A DNA stretch of 63,474 nt, filler included, from Dugesia japonica (Eukaryota): assembly GCA_001938525.1 (NCBI GenBank). It is 5 parts of 5 records of this genome, joined end to end, with 100 filler letters (N's around TTAATTAATTAA, not from the genome) between each part and the next. Parts side by side here need not be neighbours in the genome. Positions count along the whole stretch, not along the records: positions 1 to 15,825 come from MQRL01637785.1; 4 more parts are not named here. One strand, given 5' to 3'. How positions within the stretch are numbered: the stretch's first letter is position 1; each line of letters starts with the position of its first letter. The position numbers were made by a program, and so were the translations under genes. The notes below the pieces were generated by a model. That model saw nothing but the letters and a program-made list of their open reading frames with translations, was not told the origin of the DNA and ran no database searches. Below are positions 1 to 14,135 of the stretch, piece after piece.

Positions 1-328
1 CCTAGCCAGTGGTTAGACCCTGACGTCTTGAATTCAATGTAACTGTCAATTAATAATAAATATTTAATTATTAGCACTGACTTGACTTTCCGTATAAATA
101 AAAGAAGTTAAATAATAGAATTGGTTTAGATTGTCTAAACGTTACTGGGAAAATAGAGAACCCGAACCAAAGGTTTATTGGCGGGTACTTCCCATCAAGC
201 GAGAAGTCAACCACAATAAACTGAAAACCTACCTTAGGGACGGTAGGGTATTAAATTCTTGAAAGGGTTCCACTGAGGACTGTTTTTTCCCCAGTCACAA
301 CATTTTCCACTCAGGTGGAACCCCAACA
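1..328 (+). mobile_element. 3' end of a long LTR (TGTTGGGG...CCCCAACA family), including the last 13 codons of the LTR-encoded ORF
   Basis: Ends in CTCAGGTGGAACCCCAACA and is homologous to the reverse complement of 40751-41030. Reads PSQWLDPDVLNSM* (1-42), followed by AATAAA at 55-60. Confidence 0.85.
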
Positions 329-440
329 GTAATATGGTCTATGATATTTAAAGGTTCCATAGTAATATGGTCTCTGATATTTAAAGGTTCCATAGAAATA
401 TGGTCTATGATATTTAAAGGTTCCATAGTAATATGGTCAA
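328..440. repeat. 33-bp minisatellite, ~3.4 copies (AGTAATATGGTCTATGATATTTAAAGGTTCCAT)
   Basis: Direct tandem units visible, ending just before an N gap. Confidence 0.9.
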
Positions 441-599
441 TTATGTTTNNNNNNNNNNNNNNNNNNNNNNNNNNNNNNNNNNNNNNNNNNNNNNNNNNAT
501 ATTATAAATAATAATTTTACTTAGAATACAAATAATATACTGATTTCATTAATTATAATAAGACATTATTATAATTATAATAATAAAAAGACAAAGAAT

Positions 600-1415
600 A
601 ATTTTACTTAAACATATAGATATTAACAATGATTTTCCTCGGGAGAGCAACCGTTTCCTCAGACGAGCAGCTTATATTATTGAGCCAAGGATCATCTAAT
701 TTCGGATCATATAATAGTATGAACCCCGGAGCATCGAATAGTGTGTTCAGGGAGCATCTTATGTTATGTGTAGTCAAGAGTACAAACCCAAAAACATCTC
801 GTAGTTTGAACCCTGGAGCATTTAATATTAAAGCCACTAGCTGAAACTTAGCTTAACTACCTAAAAACTAGAAAATCCTGGATAATTTAAACAAATATAG
901 GCTTTTCTATCGATTTTAGAAACCCATAAAAAATAATTAATTTCAATTAATTTAAACAAAATTTCTCACGTAAATCTTGTAATATTAATGTTTCCACGGT
1001 GCAACTAATATTACTATCAATATTACCCAGGAGCGACTAATGTTAATGTTAATTATGTTCAGATGGAACTTAGCTTAACAATCTAAAAATTTTTGTTAAT
1101 TAAAAATAGGCTATTTTTCCAATTTTTCATGAAGAAACTAATAAAAATCTATAATTTTACCTAATTTAAACAAAAAAATCCTTAATTTAACTTAATTTAA
1201 ACAAAAAATAAATAATTTCATTTCAGTTAAACAAAAAATCACAAAAGCCCTTCAATTAAAACAGAAATGAGTATTAAATAGTAATCATGCAATCGTTACA
1301 CAAGCGTTACGTAACAATGACGTTACCGTTACATAATCAATACACACATAAAATTTCGACCAATCAAATCTCAGTGTTACTAAAGCACTTACAAAATTCT
1401 CTTGAGACTACAACA
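600..1415 (+). repeat. Dispersed repeat, probably the 3' part of another long LTR family
   Basis: Shares TTCCTCGGGAGA, GGAGCGACTAAT and ACCCATAAAAAAT...TTTAAACAAA motifs with 62620-63300. Ends in ...TACAACA. Confidence 0.4.
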
Positions 1416-1729
1416 ACTGAAATCGAAAGTTAATTTAATATTAATATGCTTGTTTGGACATTTTTGAACATGAAATAAACCGTTATTTGTTCGGTTCATC
1501 TTCTGTTTTTGTTCCGAAATAAATTACGGTTTATTCAACTTTATTTTCTGATAATTACTGACACCGTAATTCCTGTTTTTTTTACCACATGATAAAAATA
1601 ATTTTCAAGTTTACTGTTTTTAATTTATTATAAATTTATTCTATTAAAGTTATTTGTTTGCTATTAAAAATAAATTATTTACTCGTAGTTATTCAGAATC
1701 TATAAATTATTATAGCGAAATAATTTATT

Positions 1730-1962
1730 GTTTTACAATTGCAATTATTGCGAGAATAATTGTTGAAAGTAACCATTGATCGTTTTGCAAAATTCATTAA
1801 AATAAAAGCTACGATCAAAATTTGTTTTTTTGGTTGTTGATTATTATTCTATATTTCGACCTTGTCTTAGTCAGGAATTGACTTTTACAAAAGTCGAAAA
1901 ATAGAATTATTATCATAAATCAAATAAACAAATTTTTATCGAAGCTTTTATATTAATGAAAT
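1730..1962. mobile_element. Palindromic MITE-like element
   Basis: Imperfect inverted repeat TTCATTAAAATAAAAGCTACGAT...ATCGAAGCTTTTATATTAATGAA. Related copies at ~11520-11655, 35103-35280 and ~55140-55232. Confidence 0.7.
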
Positions 1963-1967
1963 AATTT

Positions 1968-1989
1968 ATTCTTATTCTTATTCTTATTC

Positions 1990-2038
<49 letters not shown>

Positions 2039-2088
2039 NNNNNNNNNNNNNNNNNNNNNNNNNNNNNNNNNNNNNNNNNNNNNNNNNN

Positions 2089-2157
<69 letters not shown>
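1968..2157. repeat. (TTATTC)n/(ATT)n microsatellite spanning an N gap
   Basis: Simple repeat visible directly. Confidence 0.95.
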
Positions 2158-2158
2158 G

Positions 2159-5080
2159 TCGGCGAAAAAAATAATATTGATTCTCGTCTGGTTTATTATA
2201 ATGACGTAGTTTCTACAAATTTGATCAATCAGGTTGAGAATCTCATGAAGAAAATCATCCCAGATATGGCAAAATCTGGATTTCAAGAATATTTAGAGAT
2301 CAATAATAATAGAGAGTAAAAATAATAATATATGTAATGATAGCGATAAAATATCTAAGATCACTACTGATAGGATGAATGGACATTCTTCTAATTTTGA
2401 CTTTATTTTTCGAATACTCACAAAAGGTGAGAAAAGAAAACTTTTTGACTCATTTCCTAATTTTTTAACATTAATTAAAATGAAAGAGTCTTTTCACAAA
2501 TATAAGACAATTAATGATGAAATTTAAAAAAATTTTAATTTAAATGATTATATTAAAATTGATAACTTTCATCATCTATTGAATAGATTCTATTCTATAG
2601 AAATTTTAATTTGTTGTGTAGCAATTATAAGGTCTGAAGGTTCTAAGACTAGTAAGCCAAAGATTCTAAAAAATATGTATCTAATCGAAAATAAAATTGT
2701 TGAAATAAGTTGCTGCAATGATTTTGTTCTTGTTCCACAATCTATTTTATTTTCTTTGTCGAGTGGATTAGCCTCGACTATTTTAATTCAAAACCCACAG
2801 CATAAATAAAATAAAACTAATAAAATTCTTAAATCTTTAATTAAAAGTAGTAAATTACCAAATTTTTTAATAAAATCAAATATTAAATTTGAGAATGACA
2901 ACTTTGTTTATTTTAATTTATTAGATAGATCACCTACTAGTAATAATAGTTCGACTAATAATAAATTAGTACCTTTATCTAATTTTGAAACTCAGAATCT
3001 ATCTGATAACTTCCCTCTTTTTAAGAAGTCGTTGAAAACAAAGAAACTCTAAATTCATCTACGGTTAAATTGATTGAAACTCTTAAATAAAACATGAGTT
3101 CTTAAATGATATTTTCTTTGAAAATGGTAAATTTGTTCGTTTTTCGAAATCTTCATTTTCATCCGTTGGTTTTCCGAAAGGTTCATCAAACATTATGTTT
3201 GACTTGGGATAATTTAGTTTGATTGAAATGCATCATAATGATGATGAATTAAAATCTATTCTATCCATTTCGAACAATGATAAAAATTAATTGAATTGAT
3301 TTTTAAAACTGTTTAAAATTAAAAAATTCCAAAAGATTTTGTATTCATTAACGTTTTGGAGAATATATGTTAAACTACTTAAGAAATTGTTTACTTATTA
3401 ATTCAATTATAACATTTAAGGAAGCAGAAAAAATGGATCTTGGTAATCTTGAGAGCTTTGTTTCTATTTTAATTGATAATTGAGTCAAATACGTATTTTC
3501 TGTTATTTGCAAATTATTCGCATCAGCCTTGACACGTAGATTAACTGATTGCACAAAGTGTAACAATTTATTACATATAGGTCAAAAAGGAGGTTCTGAA
3601 CACAAAGGTTGAGTTGAACATAATTTCATTTTATCTTCTGCATTTGAACATTCAAAAAAAGAGATAAATTATCATGTAACTATTGCATGGTTAGATATAA
3701 AAGATGCTTATGGTAGTGTATTACATGAATATTTGTAGTTTATTCTTCGTGTTATGATTTTATTAATATTCTAAAAACTGTTAATCTGATACAAATAGTT
3801 TCTATAGCTGTGGTCCTATTCTTACAAGCAATATTACAATTAAAAAAGGTGTTAAACAAGGTTGTCCGCTATCTATGATTCTATGTTCCATTGCTATGAA
3901 TCCTGTTCTTGAAGCTACTAAAACATGTCAAATATCAACTTTCATGATAAATATTTGGGGAGCGGGGTGTATTGATCTTCTTGATGATTACCATTGTCAA
4001 AGTATTGTACAATTCTTTAGATTATTTAATACTGAATGTGACTATACTAAAACAATTAATCATGAGTCTCTTATAATTGCTGCTTTATCAATATTAGGAA
4101 TAAAGGTATCAACTTTATCTCCAAGGTTTGAGTGGATTGATGGTAAAGCCAGTATTAAAAATTGCAAAGGGAAAAAACAAGATTGATGCGTCTGCAAACT
4201 GTAATTGAATACTTTAAAAGAGTTCATGACATAGCCATTCCATTTGCAGTTGAAATGAATGAAACACTATTGCATATTAATATNCCAAATGGAACGGTTA
4301 CTGTAAACAGTGACTCCAGAAAACAAGTTGTCTTTCTACTACATAAAATAATATCTAACTCTTACTCAATAATTTTGCAGAAAAGTAATAACAGTAACAT
4401 TTTAGCTGATGCCGTGCGTCTAGACTTCAACAAACTAATCTTTCGCAGTGTTTTAAGCGAATTTGAATGTAATTTTATACAGAAAGTACAAATACACTTT
4501 CGATAAATGCTCGATTACATATCATTACTTCTGATGAAAGACTATGTCAACGATGTCATTCTCACCATGAAACAATGTCACATGTCCTATAAAGTTGTGA
4601 TATTAACAAATCATTAGGAACAAAGCGTCATAATGCTGCATTGAAATAATTGTTCAATATTTAAAATCCCCGATTTAATAATCGTAATTGATCGCACTTG
4701 TTCTTTGGTTATAGATTCATTAGAACGCGTTGATATTATGATTACTGATTCGGAAAAGAAAAGAGTATTTCTGATTGATGTAAAATGCCCTATTGACTCA
4801 ATTGAAGGCTTCTTAAAAATAGATTAAGGGAATAAAATGAAATTTGATAATTTAAAAAACAAGATACAATTAGCAAAACCTGGTTACTATATAGAATTAT
4901 ACACCTGTGTGATAGGATCTTTAGGAACTCTTCCACTTGAGACTTACCAAGTCATTCAGAAAATGGGTGTACCAAAGAGTTCAATAAATAAATGTTTAAC
5001 AAAATGTGCAGTCTTCAATATAAAAAATTCTGCACGTATTTGGTAATTTCATGTATCAGGAACATACCTGAACTTTTAAA
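2159..5080 (+). mobile_element. Degraded non-LTR retrotransposon with RT, CCHC knuckle and restriction-like endonuclease (NeSL/R2/Utopia-type)
   Basis: RT motifs QKGG..EHNFIL, IAWLDIKDAYGSV and KGVKQGCPLSMIL (3570-3910). Knuckle CQRCHSHHETMSHVL.SC, KRHNAA, RVDIMITD..VFLIDVKCP and VIGSLG (4540-4930). Many stops and frameshifts. Confidence 0.85.
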
Positions 5081-5329
5081 ATATTGTTTATTTGTTTATA
5101 CATAATTTGAATCTTCTTCTATTTTCAAAATTGAAAATTACAATAGAAAATAAAATAATTCTTTATTAAAAAAAAAGATTTAATTTGTTAATATTTTTAT
5201 TTTAATTCAAATGTATGCAATGTACGAAAAAAATAATGTTGATTCTCGTCTGATTGATTATAATGATGTAGTTTCTAAAAATTTGATCAATCAGATTGAA
5301 GCTTTAATGAGTTATAGATATTGTAAAAG

Positions 5330-6220
5330 CCACTTACCGAAAACAGTTACCGAAAGTTATGAAAATTGAATCATTTTGAAGCAAATCAAATCAGAAACAT
5401 TGACTATTCCCAGCAGAATTCAGCTTCCAAAGAATAAAATAACAAGCTTTATTTCATAAATAAATCTTTTATTAGTGTGATGATATTAATTAAATAGGAA
5501 CTTAAAAAATTTAAATGCTTCATAGAATTTCAAAATTATATTTCTTAGAAGCTAAATATTATTAACTTCAGGCGCATAACCAAGAGAGAAACTGAAGGCT
5601 TGTGTTACCCTTAAATTTGGAAAGAAAATAAAAAATTATTGAATCNAGAATAAAAGAATATTAATAAATTCCTAAAAATGATCTTATTATGACTATTTTA
5701 TGGTCCTTATAATACTGTATTGAGATAATAATACCAGGAACAAAATTTTTTGAATAAAGACAGTATTTTACATGTCTCTATTTTTGTCATCAAAATTTTA
5801 TAAATTATCATTGGGAAGCAAATAACTGAAACTTTACTTGAAAAGTTTCCTAATTCTGGTACGAATCGAAGAACTAATTTAATATTATAAAGTTTAATAA
5901 AGGAATAAATTATTAATATTAAGTTTAATATTTGATTTAAAAAGTAATAAAAAATCATGATTTTTTAACAGCCCTTCCCGATTAATTTTACCATTATTAT
6001 ATAAAATATTTAAAATAATTTTAAATTTGACTTACTTACTGAATTGATAACCATAGTCAGGTCTATGACAAAAATTTATTAAAAATAACCAACAACATCC
6101 AATAATGAAAATTCCACCGGACAACAAAGTTGGAATAATTTTCAATTTATTCCAAATAATATAATCGGAAAATTGTGATAAATATGTAACTAATATTGTA
6201 AAAAACAATGTCAAACCTAT
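5330..6220 (-). pseudogene. Possible decayed multi-exon membrane-protein gene
   Basis: Hydrophobic exon-like segment ~6040-6218 (GLTLFFTILVTYLSQ...LLSGGIFIIGCCWLFLINF) bounded by TATAG and GTAAGT. Further hydrophobic segments with stops lie downstream. Family not recognised. Confidence 0.3.
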
Positions 6221-6399
6221 ATTTGATAATCAAAAATAATTATACAATTCTCTTCATTTTAAAAATTATTTTGAAAATTATTGGCATGTAAATATTAATT
6301 TTTGTAATTTTTTCTTTAAAAAGTGTGAATCATAATTTTTCAATAGGTTTTACTAAGAAATTTGATTTGTATAAAATATAATTGACAAATAAAAAGAAT

Positions 6400-7000
6400 A
6401 AATTTAGCAAAAATATCAAACAAAATTTAATTTATTAGTACCAAGGTAAAGTTGATTGCTAAGGTGTTTGAGTGTGCAGAAACAGTAAAGTTGAAGACAA
6501 GGTAGTATTACGAAAGTTATAAACCTCGGAGGCAATTTAGGAAACTCTAGTTTGACTAGGTCAAGTAGAGAAGAAAAAGGAACAAATTAGGTGATATTTG
6601 GCTAAAAAAAAGCTATGAGTACATAGAATACAGAATCAAGACAAGAATACACTAGAAAAACAGACAGAAATGGAAAAGGACATGAGATGGAGTGTCGGGG
6701 ATGTAGTAAAAAATCACATGAAAACTTAGTGCCAAAAAGGTAAAGGTAGAGAGTATTGGATGTGCTGACGATGAAGTCATCTAAGAAAAGATTGTCCACA
6801 GAAGGAAAAAATGAGACGTTTTGGATGCGTAGAAATGGGACATATGAGAAGAGAGTGTTTAAAAGGGAGATGTTTTTGACGTGGTAGGAGCAGTCACAGA
6901 GCAACAGAGTGATGAGTATATGAGGTAAGAAACGGAAAGATTGACAAGATAAAAAAAGGGAATAGAAAAATCGGTATGATTATTTTAATGCAGTAGAAGT
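6400..7000 (+). mobile_element. Gypsy gag remnant (degenerate zinc knuckles)
   Basis: CRGCSKKSH..C-like knuckles near 6690-6900 and purine-rich gag-like composition. Confidence 0.5.
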
Positions 7001-7019
7001 ACAACAGAAAATAAATCGG

Positions 7020-7360
7020 CGAGAAGATGAGATAAATGAATCCGGTCCAGAAATATCTATTGCAATACTTTGAAAATGTTCTTTTTCGGATATAATCTGT
7101 AATGGTGCTTTAAGTCTTCCATTAATATATTTATGTGTATTACACTGTTTACATTTTTTATAGTTATCGTGAAAGTGCAATAGCAGTAATATGTTCATAA
7201 CCTTTTCTAAACCCCATAATTATATCAAAGATTTCCGGTTCGGCTTTACATAAGCAGTATATAACTTGAAGACAAACATATATTGCCCGAAGGTATTTTC
7301 TTGTGATACAGTACTGTCTCTGACCTTTTGTTAGTGTCGTCAGTGCATAGTTAGTCAATC
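7020..7360 (-). mobile_element. Gypsy RNase H/integrase fragment
   Basis: LTKGQRQYCITRK; CKQCNTHK...PLQIISEKEHFQSIAIDISGP. Confidence 0.75.
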
Positions 7361-7361
7361 A

Positions 7362-7660
7362 TTTTTATGTTTATTTGATTGCTTCCTTTGAATACAATTT
7401 AAATTACATAAATTATTTTTTATGATAGACTGTTGAAAAGTTTAGAAATAAAATAGATTTCCAAATCAAGTCATTAATAGTAGAGTGATAATAGCACACT
7501 AGAACAACACACATTCAGTACCCCCCAGGATTAGTGATGTCATGAAACTTAACCCTAATGCATTTAGTTGATAATTTAAAAATGACATCATATTAAGTAA
7601 TATTAAGTTACTGTTTATTTACGTTCGCAGTGTATTTAGTTGGAAAAAAGAATTTGTACC
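7362..7660. repeat. Dispersed non-coding repeat (probable non-autonomous DNA transposon)
   Basis: 7362-7470 matches 15390-15500. 7500-7655 matches the reverse complement of 16130-16290. Confidence 0.65.
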
Positions 7661-8399
7661 CAAATTATGTCATTAGATTAATTAAATCGGTGAAATTTGA
7701 TTTTTTAAGGATTAACTGTTGTTAAATTTTTCAGACTTTTTTAGGTGGCGAGTAAAATTTATGCGCAATTACATAACTTTTAATCGTATTTTGAATGGTT
7801 TGGCGAATTATTTTCAGATTTTAGGCATTGTGGTAAGGAAAATCTTTTATGCTTTTTAAACATCAATATTTCTTCATGCTTTTTAGTTGGGAAAAAAAAT
7901 TTATGGGAATTTTTATAGGAATCTGGGCGAACAACACATGTTGTTTAAATACTATGAAAATTTAAAAATATTTTTAAATCAATTTTTTATGGGAATCCGA
8001 AACAACCCAAATTTCAAAAACAATTTTTACAACTTTTACAACATTTATATTTTTACATCAATCTACTAAGAAATTTAAGTCGATCATTTTTGATTTTCTC
8101 ATTATTTTACGCCAAATTTTTGGAAAATCGTTTTCTCAAAATAAGTCAACAAAAAGTCTATTAGATTCCAAATATGTCAACATAAAATTGTCAAAGTTAA
8201 TCCTCAATAAAATAAATGAGATTTTGTGGTGAAAAAATATCAAAATTCAGATTTTAGCGCTCAAATCTCTGCTATCAGATAACTTGTATGGTTTCAACTC
8301 TGGTATAATTTAACTCAAAAGGAAAAGGTGACTGTACAAAGTTAAAATGTCATCTAGGTAAAAATGCTTCCTAACGAAAATATCCAGCTGTCTACTGAC

Positions 8400-11060
8400 G
8401 GGATCCAAATTTTGCAATCTTTTGTTTTTATTATATCTTCTATTAATCGAAACTTTTTACATGTTCCATTTTATATATCATTCTTTATCTGTTCAATTTC
8501 TTCTACGTTACTTTACCTGAACCTGATATACCATTAATTGCTCTCGTCTTTATTTTTCTTTCCTTTGGATTTTCATGATCTGTTAAGCATTGTATACATG
8601 TGGCACAATTCATTCTCGACAGCATATCTGCATTCGTATGTTCCGTACCTTATCTAAATTCCAATACTATATCTAGGTTACAAAGAAAATTCATCCAAGT
8701 CTGAAATCGCGGAGTAATTGGCTTGTTTTTCTTTTCCATAAATGCTATAAAACCAATATGCAATGACTTGTTCTAAACCTCTTTCATCTATTTGCGACAG
8801 AACTGCTTCGATGGCATCAAAACTCGCATCTGTATTTAGTACAAACATCTTTTTAATATCTGGAAGACTCAATATCGGTGGTTTTTTTAATGCCTCTTTC
8901 ATCTCATTAAAAGCTTTGTCTCAGCTTTTAGACCACGCACATTTTGTATTATTACGCTTTATAGCTCTTCCAAGTTTCTAGCTTTCTTTGAGTAATTATT
9001 GATAAACCGTCTATAGTAATTGGATATTCCTAAAATGCTTCTCAAGTTTTTCACACATTTAGACATTTCGAACTTTTTTATTGCTTTAAATTTTGTTGGA
9101 TTCAATTCTTGTCTATGACATGTCCTAAAGATTTGATTTCTGCTTGCAATAAATGACATTTTTCCGGATAAATTCTCAATCCTGATTCTTGAATTCCTTT
9201 GAAAACTTGGTCTAAAATTCTATAGTGCTGCTCTAAATTTTCTGAAAATATCAATTTATCATCCATGTATACCATCGTTTCTAGACACTTCCTAATACTT
9301 TTGTCATTAATTATTGAAACGTTCCAAATGCTGCAGCAATACCGAAAGGCAATATTGTAAAACAATACTATCGATTTTTCGTAGAAAAATGCTGTTTTCT
9401 CTTGTGAATCTTTATGAAACGGAACTTGATAATGTGCATTACTCTAATCAACAGTACAAAAATATTTTGCAGCACTCAAATTTTCTAGTATTTCTTCTAC
9501 ATTGGGCATCGGAAATGTCTGTCTCTCTGTGATTGTACTTAGTTTTCTAAAATCAAGACATAATCTAACGTCTTTCCTTTCTTTTTTCCAAACACATATT
9601 AACGGAATGTTCCATTGCGAATTAAACTTCCTAATAATGCCATTCTCAAACAAATTCTTAATTGCTTCATCTATCTTATTCTCTAAATGCATTGATTGTT
9701 TCCATGGTTTCGTATTTATTGGTTCTCCATTTGTGATTATTGGATGTTCTGCCATTATTGTTCTGCCGATATTCCAGTTGTCTGCCATGAATATACCTTT
9801 ATGGATCATTATAACTTTCTCTAAATTCTCATTTGGCTTGTTAATCAATATTTTTATTGCTCTCTGTACTCTCTCTTTATCCGTTGCATTACGTCCATAC
9901 TTTGCTTCTATATTACAAAGATACATTTCATTATCCTTACATTTAGTCTCTTTCAGCAGTTGGAATCCAAACTGTTTCTGTAATTCTATTTCTCCTATTA
10001 GATCTGGATGTATCTGATTCACCACATTAATTTAACTGTTTTGCTTTTATTTTCGAGTTCCCCGTCTACTTTTATCGTACCTACGACTTCGAGCGGACTA
10101 TTATTGGCACATCTTAAATTTTCTTCACTTTTCAATATATTGACTTTACTCAATCTTTCTCAAACTCATCATATTTACTCTTGCTCCAGTGTCTAATAAG
10201 AAATCAAATTTTACGCCTTGTATTTCAACCGTTATACTTGGTCTACCTTGCACCTTGTCATAACTTATCTCTTGTCGCTTTATTTCTTCTATCGTCAATA
10301 TTTCATTGTCGTCTTCTCCATTTATATCATTGATGATGTCTGATTGACCTCTAATCCTTTTTTCTTTACAAATTTTTAAACTTTTTTTTACATAATTGTA
10401 CTTAAATACTCGTTTATCTTTCATTCTTTTATTTATATTATTATATATACTGTTTTTACTATAATTACCAATATTGCGATTTTTGGGATACTTAATTCAA
10501 CGCTCTCCAAATCTGGACTTCGGTCGGAGCTTGACCATCTGAGTATTCATCTTGATAATTATTTGACACGTCATTACAATAGTGATGTTTGTCTTCTCTA
10601 CATGCACAATCTCTTCCATTTTCCTCAATTGACTTAACATGGCCTCTATTTCTTTCTGTGTAATTATTCGTATTGTTCGAATAATATCTTAGTTTGCTGT
10701 TTTCAAATTCTTTTCTGACGTGTTCACTTCTGATAATTAAACTGAGTATTAATATGTGTGTAACAGTCATCTATGTGCTGTCCTTTCTTGTTTCATCTTG
10801 AGCAACTACCTTTGGTACAGTCTATTCTTAAGTGTTGTTTAGATCCACAAACAATTTTTTTTCTTTCTGGACCATTTCTGCTTACATGACCTATTTTGTT
10901 ATAGGTCCAACACATATTTTCTCGTTTTTTGTGATTTCTGTTCTGTTTTATCCCTTCATTACGACTCTTGTTGAAATTTCTTCGTTCTGGACTTCTGCGA
11001 ACTGCATCTCTGTAGTTACGAACTACATTTATTTCTTCAGTTTTTACTTCGTCTTAAAAN
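8400..11060 (-). mobile_element. Ty3/Gypsy gag-pol remnant (gag knuckles, protease, RT, RNase H)
   Basis: FLLDTGARVN protease; RLCLDFRKL and VYMDD RT; LNTDASFDAIEAVLSQ RNase H. Multiple frameshifts. Confidence 0.92.
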
Positions 11061-11125
11061 NNNNNNNNNNNNNNNNNNNNNNNNNNNNNNNNNNNNNNNN
11101 NNNNNNNNNNNNNNNNNNNNNNNNN

Positions 11126-11188
<63 letters not shown>

Positions 11189-11220
11189 GTTATTATACTT
11201 AATAATATTATTATCGTTAT
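11126..11220. repeat. (ATT)n microsatellite
   Basis: Simple repeat beside an N gap. Confidence 0.95.
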
Positions 11221-14135
11221 TATGAAGGGTTTCTGAAAAATAATTTTGACCTGAATTGTGACTAGCAATGGTGTTAAGAATCTATTAAATCATCTTTTAT
11301 TAATTCCTAGTTAAAATATCATTTTATTTTAAACAGTTATTTTCATTATGTTATTATAAACAATAATTTTAGCCAGAAGAATTTGAAATAGTTAATTATA
11401 ATTTTGCCTTTCTAATTTTTTCATGGTGATAAAGTATCAATAATTTCAAAGAAATTATAATTATAATTTCAATGAAAGAAAGTTAATTAAAAAAAATATT
11501 TCTCTTTTAACAATAAATATTCATTAAATAAAAAGGTCATTTTCTTACAGAGACAAAGTCGAAAATTCAAAATACTATCAAGAATAAAAAAAATAAAATA
11601 TATATAAACAAAGAAAAACAATGTTTCGATCGAAGCTTTTAATTTAATGAAATAATAATTTTAAATTGAATTTCTGGTTTCTCACAAAAATGTAGTATTG
11701 TAATCAATCTTTAATTCACGACAAGTAACTAAACAATTGAGTATTAATCATAAATTAGTTGAAAAAATCGAAAAATTTACATATAAGAGTTTAAAAATTA
11801 TTCATATGTTATCGTAAAAAAATTACATAACAGACTTTTAAAACATCAAAACATTTTTTAAATGCAAATTGATTTAAATAATTATTATATAATATATTAT
11901 GTAAAAGTATAAAAGTAAAAAATTATTTAAAGAAATTAATTTGAAAAATTATTAAAATATGTATTTTTTAAATAGAAAATCGATATATTTGAAATATTTT
12001 ATTTTGATGAATTGAAAATTAAATTTAAAATTTCTTCGATTATTTGTTTAAATACTATGGATTATTCTTCATAAAAACTTATGAAAAGTTGTGAGATTTT
12101 GAATTTAACTAATAATACAGATGCAATTTATATTTCAAAAGTACCATTTAAATATGAAATGATAAACTCTTAACTGTTTATTTAGAAATTTATTAATTGA
12201 TATGAAATACAGATATCAGTACTCAGTAATTTTCAACATTAATATTATTAAAATTTATATTTTCAGAATTTTCCATAAAATTTATATATTATTTGAATCA
12301 AATTTCACAAATTGTAAAATAGGAATTATTTATAATATTTAAACAAATTAATCTTAAAATACTTGAATATTAAAATTGAAAATATTTAATTTCTTAATTA
12401 AAAATCCAAAAAAAAATGATTTTTACTGTAATATAATTTCAAAAAAGATTTCAATTTTAAAAATTCACAAAACTTAATTAATTTACAAGGATTTATAAGT
12501 TAATAAAATCTTTTAACATGAACTAATTCTTACAAGTAATAACACTTTATAGGTTATCTTAGCGCAATATAATCTGTGAAAACGTTATTTTATTTCTCAG
12601 AAAACATGAAACTTTTTTAGATAAAAATCTATACATTTTGTTTATTATATTTTGTGTTTGTTTTCGTATATTTTATACAACAACAGCTGGACGTATCAAT
12701 ACTTTTGTTTTTCTTTTGTATATTATTCCACCTTTTATTTTAATTTATTACTTCTATACATTGTCTTAGTTAAATTTGCATATCTATCAATATTTATATT
12801 ATATTTAAATTCATTTAAATAATTAATCCATACGAGTTCTAATTGCAAAAACAAAGAATAAAAAATATATTCATAGAGCCTAAAATTTTTTCCATATATA
12901 CAATTTTATAATTTTTTGTCTAAGAATTTATTGGAATTCTATTAATTTTAAATAGGACCTATATTGTTGTAATCGTGAAAGAATAAATCGTATCTTGTAA
13001 CAAATATTAATCCAGGTTAAATTACTGAAAGTAGGAAGAGTGGACATGTATAGAAATACGTTAATTTATACTGGATTTCATAATTCTGCCTATGTGGTTT
13101 TGTAAATTCACATAGCTCCATTGGATATAATTATTAATTAACAAACTAAATAATTTGCTTCTAATGAGTAAAGCTTCTAAGTAAAGCTATCTAAAGAATA
13201 AACAAAGAATAAATTACTACTGGTATAAAGGCTAATTAAACAAGTCATTTCTACTTGTTTTTGATTAATGCACTAGTTTATCATTGTTATTCTTTAAAGT
13301 CAAATTGGTGTTTATTCAATTGTTTATCAGTTAGTTTTTGTATCCGAAGTGGTCTAACCCTTGCACAGCAAGCAACGCTATCTTTAGCAAGGGTCCTAAA
13401 ATAAATTTTCTTATAAGCTGTTAAAATCTAGAAATTAATGTTTATGATTCACTGGTGTTTCATTATGTAATAGCATTTTTTATAAGATACACAGTTTATC
13501 CGTTTGAACTTAACTCTAATATCTGTTGAAGTTGTTAAGTTAAGAAAGATTTTTCGGTTTAGAATCTAAATAATTGAATAAAAACAAGATTTTACCCTAA
13601 TTACGCTAAACGAAATTGTAAATTATAATAACTTTAAGAAATAAAACTTATAAAAGTTTAGCACTAGAGTAAAATATTTTTTCGAAAATTTTAGTAGTTA
13701 CATTAATTTTATAATGTAAAATAAATTAAAAGGATCAATATTACTAAGTTTTTAATTTGACAATAAAAATATAACATCTTTGTTTAACTATGTCAATATT
13801 AATTAGAGGAATTTTTTTTCAGCTTAATATTTCTAATAATAATAACATTTGACAACTTAAAAAGTGAAGTATTTAAAATTATTTTTGTGAAAATAAATTC
13901 CGAATAATTTACATTAGATTTATCAGATGAAATTGCAGCCTCAACGTGTTTAATACAGTCAATGTAATAAATATTGTTATTTATGAAATGTAATTGGTTA
14001 TTCAATTCAATTGTTACACGCCAACATAATTAATCTGTGCATGTGTGTGTACAATATGAATTAATTTCAATCTTTATAATAAAAACAAAGCTTAATACAT
14101 CGTGTTCGTATTTGATTTTATCATAATCATAAAAT

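Noticed and set aside
2035-2286. Poly-Ile ORFs (also 10832-11268) and ORFs made mostly of X (15578-15784, 34599-34841)
   Set aside because: Translations of (ATT)n microsatellites and N gaps.
9502-10017. 171-aa plus-strand ORF and similar hydrophobic ORFs opposite Gypsy genes (e.g. 44379, 46807, 51705, 52325)
   Set aside because: Antisense shadows of A-rich retrotransposon coding strands.
13799-14005. Divergent ORF upstream of the NlpC/P60 gene
   Set aside because: Non-ATG start, low-complexity AT-driven composition and no recognisable motif.
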